64,000 nucleotides of DNA from Bacteroidia bacterium (GTDB lineage Bacteria; Bacteroidota; Bacteroidia; Palsa-965): positions 284,198 through 348,197 of the forward strand of contig JALONL010000006.1 in the NCBI GenBank assembly GCA_025454955.1, in the 5' to 3' direction. Every line of letters starts with the position of its first letter. The stretch's first letter is position 1. The position numbers and the translations under genes were made by a program. The notes beneath the pieces were generated by a model. The model was not told the origin of the DNA, ran no database searches, and was given only the letters and a program-made list of their open reading frames with translations. Below are positions 57,043 through 64,000 of this stretch, piece by piece.

Positions 57043-57489
57043 ATGAAATGTTTAACAATACTAAACAATCAAGAATCCAAGGTACAGCCAAGTGATATTG
57101 ACTACTTTGAAGAAAGGTATAAGATCAAAATTCCCGAAAAACTGAAAGACTTTTTTTTGTTATTTGGGGGCTCTAGAATCAAAGAGATGTATTATCATAG
57201 AGGTGAATCTTTGGATCAAGTTTGTGATATACTTTTAGTTAAGTCAATACAAGGAAAACCATCATGTGAGTCGATATATCAGGGACACCTATCTTATGGA
57301 GATATTGGCTTTATTCCATTTGCAATTGACTCCGGCGGCTGGGATTACAACGTATCTATAAACCCTGACACCTACGGCCAAGTTTGGGTTGATAAATTCG
57401 ACAGCGGCGAAGAAACCCCTTTTGAGTTTGTATGTAATTCCTTTGAAGAATTTATTGATGGGCTTACTGAGCAAGAAAAGGACTTTTAA
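57043..57489 (+). CDS. SMI1/KNR4 (SUKH-1 superfamily) immunity protein
   Basis: A 148-aa ORF. IDYFEERYKIKIPEKLKDFF...GG, IPFAIDSGGWDYNV and the C-terminal FVCNSFEEFIDGL fit the SUKH fold pattern. That pattern has an N-terminal ligand-binding helix, a central GG and [ILV]PFA.D..G..[FY] strands, and a C-terminal F..FL motif. Confidence 0.7.
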   Translation: MKCLTILNNQESKVQPSDIDYFEERYKIKIPEKLKDFFLLFGGSRIKEMYYHRGESLDQVCDILLVKSIQGKPSCESIYQGHLSYGDIGFIPFAIDSGGWDYNVSINPDTYGQVWVDKFDSGEETPFEFVCNSFEEFIDGLTEQEKDF

Positions 57490-57533
57490 CTCACTCGAAT
57501 TAGCAATTGGGATTTGAATTTTGAGAAAAAAAA

Positions 57534-58028
57534 TCAATACGGAAACAACGTCATAAACGCATCCATATCCTTCTCTAACTTCGTATCCACCGTAAAATGA
57601 TACAACCCCCGCGTCCACCCGAAAAACGCACTTTGCTCGTCCACAATTTTCACATAGCTCGGGTCGCGGCCGGTTACCAGTATGCGGGGTTTTACCCGTC
57701 CGTTGCTGGTAGCACCCGACACGATGAGGCGGAAACTGGTTTGCACTTCTTCCTGCGAAAGCGAGCGGCCAAACTGCATATAAATTTTTGTGGCGCCGTT
57801 CTGATAAATCACTGATCCGTCTTCGCCGCCCTTGGGGGGCATTACCGTGCCGCGTTTAAACGGGCCAACGCTTACGGGTAAGAGTTTGTTGAAATCGACA
57901 CCGCGGGGTTTGGGGCGTTTTTCTATGCCGTAGGGAGCCGGACCGCTTTGCTGCTGGGTTGAATACATGTTCAGCCCGGCCGCAACCAGCAACATAAAAA
58001 GCGTAAAAACAAACCTGGGTCTGAGCAC
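57534..58028 (-). CDS. Hypothetical secreted protein (about 155-165 aa)
   Basis: A signal-peptide-like N-terminus (…RPRFVFTLFMLLVAAGL). The probable start is the ATG at 57995 or the GTG at 58028. The 341-aa version in the ORF track overlaps ribF by about 500 bp and is rejected. Confidence 0.4.
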   Translation of the reverse strand: MLRPRFVFTLFMLLVAAGLNMYSTQQQSGPAPYGIEKRPKPRGVDFNKLLPVSVGPFKRGTVMPPKGGEDGSVIYQNGATKIYMQFGRSLSQEEVQTSFRLIVSGATSNGRVKPRILVTGRDPSYVKIVDEQSAFFGWTRGLYHFTVDTKLEKDMDAFMTLFPY

Positions 58029-58052
58029 GGGCCGTGTATTCCTGTTGAGCAA

Positions 58053-59093
58053 ATGCGGCTGTTGGGTGCAAGGGGGGGCAACGAGCGGCACACAAAAATG
58101 GTTATTTTTGGCGAAATACAAACACTTGATCGTTATACTGTTTATTTTGTGAAGATATACTCCCAAATCGCCGATTTTGTTCCCCCTCGTTTTCCTGTAG
58201 TTACCACCGGCACTTTCGACGGGGTACACCACGGGCACCGGCAAATTATTGACCGGCTCCGGGAAACGGCCCGCAAAAACGGCGGCGAAACCGTGCTGCT
58301 TACCTTTTTTCCCCACCCCCGCATGGTACTTTTTCCCGATCAGCAGCAGCTTTTGCTCAATACGCCCGAGGAAAAAAAGCAGCTTCTCGAAAAAGCCGGT
58401 ATCGACCACCTTGTTGTTCATCCGTTTACCCGTGAGTTTTCGATGCTTTCCTCCAAAGAATTCATCGAACAAATACTGGTAAACAAATTCAATACCAAAA
58501 AGCTGGTTATCGGCTACGACCACCATTTTGGCCGCAACCGCGAGGGCAGTTTCGATCATTTGCGCGAGTTTGGCCCGGTTTATGGCTTTGAAGTGGAAGA
58601 AATACCGGCCCAGGAAGTGGACAACGAAAAAGTAAGCTCAACCCGCATACGCAACGCCCTGCAAACCGGCGATGTACGCACCGCCGCCGCCTGGCTCGGA
58701 TACCGCTACCCCCTGAGCGGCACCGTGGTAAAGGGAAGACAGCTCGGACGCACCATCGGATTCCCCACGGCCAACCTTGTGCCCGACAATACGTATAAAA
58801 TAATTCCTGCCGATGGCGTGTATGCCGTTTTTGTGCAGCGCGGAAACGATACACTGCCCGGCATGATGAATATAGGTATGCGCCCCACCATTGACCAGGG
58901 CCTGAGCCGTACCATAGAAGTACACCTGCCCGGTTTCAGCGGCGATTTGTATGGCGAAACCCTGAAAGTGCTGTTTGTGGAACGCCTGCGCGACGAACAA
59001 AAGTTCGGTTCGATTGACTTATTAAAGGAACAACTTCATACCGACCGCCTCCGGGCCACGACCCTGCTGAGTAATGAAAAAACTGATCTTTAA
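58053..59093 (+). CDS. ribF: Bifunctional riboflavin kinase / FMN adenylyltransferase
   Basis: VVTTGTFDGVHHGHRQII (nucleotidyltransferase HxGH motif) and the C-terminal riboflavin kinase region (GTVVKGRQLGRTIGFPTANL…, …MRPT…). The true start is probably ~58100-58150. Confidence 0.9.
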   Translation: MRLLGARGGNERHTKMVIFGEIQTLDRYTVYFVKIYSQIADFVPPRFPVVTTGTFDGVHHGHRQIIDRLRETARKNGGETVLLTFFPHPRMVLFPDQQQLLLNTPEEKKQLLEKAGIDHLVVHPFTREFSMLSSKEFIEQILVNKFNTKKLVIGYDHHFGRNREGSFDHLREFGPVYGFEVEEIPAQEVDNEKVSSTRIRNALQTGDVRTAAAWLGYRYPLSGTVVKGRQLGRTIGFPTANLVPDNTYKIIPADGVYAVFVQRGNDTLPGMMNIGMRPTIDQGLSRTIEVHLPGFSGDLYGETLKVLFVERLRDEQKFGSIDLLKEQLHTDRLRATTLLSNEKTDL

Positions 59094-59691
59094 CATATTG
59101 CTCGCCCTGCTGCTGCCCTTAGCCGCAGGCGCACAGCAAACCGCCCCCGCCCTGCTCGACTCGCTCACGCTCGACACCATGCCCGCGTTTACGAGTCTGG
59201 CCGAAGCCCTCAAACAGCCCGATAAAGTGGTAAAACTCGTGCTGCGCAAACAAAAGCTCGACAGCTTCCCCCAAGCCATTTTCCAGTTTAAAAACCTCCA
59301 GTACCTCGACCTGAGCCGAAACAATATCCACGAAATTCCCGACTCCATCGGTACACTCAAAAACCTGCAGGTGCTGCAGCTTTCGCGTAATAAAATAGAA
59401 TACATACCCCGCACCATTGGCGATTTAAGCCAGCTGCGCATATTAAACATCAACCAGAACGAACTTTATGTGATTCCGCCCCAGATCGGGAAACTGAAAA
59501 AGCTTGAAGTGCTCGATTTATGGAGCAACAATATCACGGTTTTCCCCGACGAGCTTAAAGACATCAGCGGAAACCTCAAAGTGCTCGACCTCCGCACCAT
59601 TCTCATCAACCGCGAAACACAGGACCGGGTAAAGGCCATGCTGCCCCATACGAAGGTATATTTTTCGCCTCCTTGCAAGTGCAATGGCTGA
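59074..59691 (+). CDS. Secreted leucine-rich-repeat (LRR) protein
   Basis: A signal peptide followed by ~6 tandem 23-aa LRRs (LQYLDLSRNNIHEIPDSIGTLKNLQVLQLSRNKIEYIPRTIGDLSQLRILNINQNEL…). Confidence 0.8.
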   Translation: MKKLIFNILLALLLPLAAGAQQTAPALLDSLTLDTMPAFTSLAEALKQPDKVVKLVLRKQKLDSFPQAIFQFKNLQYLDLSRNNIHEIPDSIGTLKNLQVLQLSRNKIEYIPRTIGDLSQLRILNINQNELYVIPPQIGKLKKLEVLDLWSNNITVFPDELKDISGNLKVLDLRTILINRETQDRVKAMLPHTKVYFSPPCKCNG

Positions 59692-59834
59692 TATTTAATT
59701 GACTATATTTCAACGAATTACCCATTACCCGGGATAATCTGACGAGAATCAGACCGAGTTATGGAGCAATTATTAACATTGCCGCTGTTTATCCGAATAA
59801 AAGTTGCTACTTTTGCGCCGAATTTCAGACATAA

Positions 59835-61346
<1,512 letters not shown>

Positions 61347-61367
61347 TAAGCATAGAAATAAATAAAG

Positions 61368-61604
61368 ATGAAACTCGACATCATTACACCCGATAAAAAG
61401 CTGTACAGCGGCGAAGTGAAATCGGTAGTACTGCCCGGCAGCGAAGGTTCGTTCGGCATTTTGAACAACCATGCCGCCATGATTTCGACGCTCATCAAAG
61501 GCCGCATCAAGGTAACGGACGCCAACCAGTCCACACAAACTTTCGAAATTAACGGAGGTGTGGTGGAAGTGTTTCGCAACACCATTACCGTGCTGGCCGA
61601 ATAA
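61368..61604 (+). CDS. atpC: F0F1 ATP synthase subunit epsilon
   Basis: A 78-aa ORF directly after atpD. MKLDIITPDKKLYSGEVKSVVLPGSEGSFGIL.NHA is typical of the epsilon N-terminal beta-sandwich. Confidence 0.85.
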   Translation: MKLDIITPDKKLYSGEVKSVVLPGSEGSFGILNNHAAMISTLIKGRIKVTDANQSTQTFEINGGVVEVFRNTITVLAE

Positions 61605-61634
61605 GCGAAGGTGATTCCTTCATTTGTTGTTGTC

Positions 61635-62345
61635 AAAACACAAACCGCTCCCTCCTTCGACAGGCTCAGGGAGCGGTTTTTGTTTTGTGATAAGCATTGA
61701 AAGTAAATACAAACCGTTCCCTTCGACAAGCTCAGGGAGCGGTTTGCATTTTACCCGCGGAGCGGTTTGTTTTAGTGTGAAAGAAGTGTACGAATATATT
61801 TTTCCGGAAATTCCAAAACCACATTTCAAACAATAATGCCAAAACCCGTTCCCTGAGCTTGTCGAAGGGCGGGTTTTGTTTTTGATTGTGATAATACAAA
61901 CCGTTCCCTTCGACAAGCTCAGGGAGCGGTTTGCATTTTACCCGCGGAGCGGTTTGTATTCTGAACAGTTTGCATTTTACTCAGGGAACAGTTTGCTTTC
62001 GTATGAATACCGTGAGTAAAATTTTTATCCCAAAAATCACAACGAGGTTACAAAACCCGGCCCCTGAGCTTGTCGAAGGGCCGGGTTGCATTTTACACAG
62101 TGAACAGTTTGCATTTATGTGAAAACAGTGAGTAAAATTTTCATCCAAGAAAAACGAGATTACAAAACCCGGCCCCTGAGCTTGTCGAAGGGCCGGGATT
62201 TGTATTCGTATAAATACAGTAAGTAAAATTTAATCCAAGAAATCACAACAAGGTTATAAAACCCGCCCCCTAAGCCTGTCGAAGGGGCCAAATAATAACA
62301 ATAATCCTTCACGAAAAAATCCCCGTCCCCCTGAGCGGAGCCGAA
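61635..62345. repeat. Array of at least 9 short hairpin/palindromic repeats (REP/BIME-like) in both orientations, with a ~100-bp higher-order unit repeated 3 times
   Basis: The core CCGTTCCCTTCGACAAGCTCAGGGAGCGG (or its complement CCGGCCCCTGAGCTTGTCGAAGGGCCGG) recurs at about 61645, 61716, 61845, 61895, 62058, 62160 and 62262, plus degenerate copies at 61753, 61935 and 62312. The unit GTGAGTAAAATTTT.ATCC.AG.AA.ACA.GGTTACAAAACCCGGCCCCTGAGCTTGTCGAAGGGCCGG recurs at about 62012, 62128 and 62218. Confidence 0.8.
61638..61690 (+). terminator. Rho-independent terminator after atpC (first element of the hairpin-repeat array)
   Basis: AAACCGCTCCCT-CCTTCGACAGGCTC-AGGGAGCGGTTT followed by TTGTTTTG. 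Confidence 0.6.
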
Positions 62346-62372
62346 GGGGGGGGGGACGTAACTACAAAAGAA

Positions 62373-64000
62373 TTATTCCACCGCAAAACGATGCGTTTCA
62401 TTAATTCCATTTCCGGAAATACTCAGCAGATATACTCCCGAAGTAATTTCGGAGGGCAACTGTATCTGTTGCAATGATTCGCCTGAAGCAAGCATGAGTT
62501 GCTGGTTAAGCACTTCGCGGCCGAGCATATCGGTAATGCGGATTTCGATCTGCTGTTCGGCGGGCGAGTTGAGTTTTAACTGCAGCACGGGCGAACTGAG
62601 CGACACCGGATTGGGATAAAGCGAGGTGTTTACCGATGTTTCGGCATCGTTGCCGGTACTGGCCTGGCGGGCGTTGCTGCCACCGAATACCGTTTGCGCA
62701 AAGCAAAGCTGTGTCATAAATGCCTGCTGCGGTGTGCTGAGTGCCAGTGAAGTACTTGATACACTTCCGATGGCCACATACGTCGGAAACTTCTGCGAAA
62801 CCTGATAACGCTGGGTAACAGGCGTATCCTTGTTTACGTTGCAGGCGGTAACTCCGTTGTAATAGGCTTTCACGAAATACTCATCGCCGAGGTCGAAACC
62901 GAAACTGTAATTGCGGTTACCAAATACGGTAAATCCATCGGCATTGGTATTGCTGAAACTCGACAACTCGGCTGAATATTCGAGATCGGATGTGCCATAC
63001 GTCCATTCGGTAAGTCCGTTGCCAAGATCATCGAGCCATGTAACCACCATATCCTGATTGCCGAAGAAACCGGCATCGGGAGTGGATGAAAGGTAGTAGG
63101 TCCAGCGTCCGCTGGTGGTTTGACGCTGAATAATGTCGGAGGCAATGCTTTCGTTGCCACCCGAATATTTATAATTGTTTGCCCAGCGAACAACCGTTCC
63201 GGTAGGATCAATTTTCATGGCAAAGGGCTGGCGCGAGCCATACGCCACGTTATGTCCGGCAAGTACAAAACCGTTTCCGCCTCCGCTGGTGCCTGTGGCC
63301 ACGGTTACGGCTACGCAGTTATCTTCCTTGCCGCTGTCGTAAAGGTTTACGGTGCCTACGGGATTGCCATTCACCGTATTCAGACGATAGCTGAACACGA
63401 AGTTATCGCCCATATCGTCGTAAAGATCACCAACTACCATTACTTCATTCACCAAAGCGGGCTGGTAGGGAGAAGCAACCACATCGGTGGGAAGGAATTT
63501 GTAGGCAGTGGAGAATACGGGAGGATTGAAATCGTAGATGCGTCCCCAGATCAGCGCATTGGTGCTTCCGTTTATGGCCATGGTAAGTGCACGCGCGCCG
63601 TTGTTGAGTGTGGTGGCATCGGAAAAGCCGCTGATGTAAATGATGTTGCTGGTAACGGGCAGCGCATTGCAGGCCGAGGTAGCCCACATCACGCTGCTTA
63701 CCGCTGGTGTTACCGTTTGCCAGCCCACCACATTGATAATGGCACCACCCGGATTGAGCACCGCCGTAAAAATACCCGAAGGCACATTGGCCACTGAGGA
63801 GTAGTAATTGCCTACCACGCAGATACGGCCGTTGGGAATCTGCAATATTTTTACCGGTACGGCATTTAGCACTACGTTGGCGGTGGTTGACAGGCGATAT
63901 ACCTGGTTAAATGAGTTGAGCCCGACAATGTTTCCATTTACATCGGTGCGGGTAAGGAGCAGATCATTGTTACCGAGCACGGTGGTGCTGCCGGCAATTA
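62373..64000 (-). CDS. Secreted protein with C-terminal T9SS type-A sorting domain (partial; probably extends beyond the window)
   Basis: The C-terminal ~80 aa (SLYPNPVSLSSPVLQLKLNSPAEQQIEIRITDMLGREVLNQQL...ITSGVYLLSISGNGINETHRFAVE) fit the Por_Secre_tail consensus (LYPNP..., G.Y.L, K). The upstream repeat-rich beta-like sequence runs to the window end. Confidence 0.7.
   Translation of the reverse strand, partial: IAGSTTVLGNNDLLLTRTDVNGNIVGLNSFNQVYRLSTTANVVLNAVPVKILQIPNGRICVVGNYYSSVANVPSGIFTAVLNPGGAIINVVGWQTVTPAVSSVMWATSACNALPVTSNIIYISGFSDATTLNNGARALTMAINGSTNALIWGRIYDFNPPVFSTAYKFLPTDVVASPYQPALVNEVMVVGDLYDDMGDNFVFSYRLNTVNGNPVGTVNLYDSGKEDNCVAVTVATGTSGGGNGFVLAGHNVAYGSRQPFAMKIDPTGTVVRWANNYKYSGGNESIASDIIQRQTTSGRWTYYLSSTPDAGFFGNQDMVVTWLDDLGNGLTEWTYGTSDLEYSAELSSFSNTNADGFTVFGNRNYSFGFDLGDEYFVKAYYNGVTACNVNKDTPVTQRYQVSQKFPTYVAIGSVSSTSLALSTPQQAFMTQLCFAQTVFGGSNARQASTGNDAETSVNTSLYPNPVSLSSPVLQLKLNSPAEQQIEIRITDMLGREVLNQQLMLASGESLQQIQLPSEITSGVYLLSISGNGINETHRFAVE

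Noticed and set aside
46424-57489. A full extracellular contractile injection system (sheath, tube, baseplate) adjacent to the ATPase/DUF4157 genes
   Set aside because: I looked for long co-oriented structural gene runs on either side. Upstream is a riboswitch-regulated TonB transporter with its own terminator, and downstream are immunity genes, ribF and atpDC. No sheath/tube/baseplate-like ORFs exist in this window, so an eCIS cannot be claimed here.
61620-62345. Possible CRISPR array (short repeats with spacers)
   Set aside because: The repeats are palindromic, occur in both orientations, have irregular spacing and degenerate copies, and no cas genes are nearby. They fit REP/BIME-like hairpin arrays better.

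Overview
This 64-kb window looks like a chromosomal segment of a GC-rich Bacteroidota genome. Evidence for that placement: T9SS C-terminal sorting domains, a PorV-like barrel, CarboxypepD_reg-type TonB-dependent receptors, and no Shine-Dalgarno signals. I cannot name the species from sequence alone.

Housekeeping genes:
- priA (partial, runs off the 5' edge), a HIT hydrolase, greA, ahcY, ribF, atpD and atpC.
- A 4'-phosphopantetheinyl transferase and a GGGP-synthase-like gene.
- A thiE-like, pnuC, NR-kinase trio.
- A GNAT acetyltransferase and a tandem UspA.

Notable regions:
1. **T9SS surface-protein locus (6.7-20.1 kb), minus strand.** A 1215-aa TonB-dependent-receptor-like protein is followed by two ~1360-aa paralogous giant proteins. 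Both giants end in type-A T9SS sorting domains, and they flank a PorV-like outer-membrane barrel gene.
2. **cNMP signalling cluster (23.2-27.5 kb).** Two class-III nucleotidyl cyclases (one of 7TMR-DISM type) sit next to an HD phosphohydrolase. An IS1182-family element with 23-bp perfect terminal inverted repeats is inserted immediately downstream.
3. **Chemotaxis cluster (35.4-41.6 kb).** cheR, a CheC-like gene, cheA, cheY, cheW and an MCP.
4. **TPP riboswitch (~43.4 kb).** It lies directly upstream of a TonB-dependent transporter.
5. **Polymorphic toxin/immunity locus (46.4-57.5 kb).** This is the most interesting region.
   - An eCIS-type AAA+ ATPase (Afp15/Pvc15-like) precedes a 1625-aa protein. 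That protein carries an N-terminal DUF4157 zincin-like domain, internal transmembrane helices, a K/E-rich disordered linker and a C-terminal variable domain.
   - Downstream are two further ~440-bp near-identical copies of the linker, each fused to a different C-terminal domain (orphan toxin cassettes). One copy is inactivated by a nonsense codon.
   - These are interleaved with small putative immunity genes. Several are coupled to the upstream cassette by ATGA/TAATG overlaps, and one is a recognisable SUKH/SMI1-KNR4 immunity protein.
   - The distal half of the locus is strongly AT-rich relative to the rest of the window.
   - No contractile-sheath, tube or baseplate genes are visible in the window, so the ATPase plus DUF4157 pair appears uncoupled from a full eCIS gene set.
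6. **Hairpin-repeat array (61.6-62.3 kb).** After atpC there is a 0.7-kb array of at least 9 short hairpin repeats in both orientations (REP/BIME-like).
7. **Unexplained trio at the start of the window.** A 525-aa hypothetical, an HTH-TPR regulator and a 527-aa P-loop NTPase.
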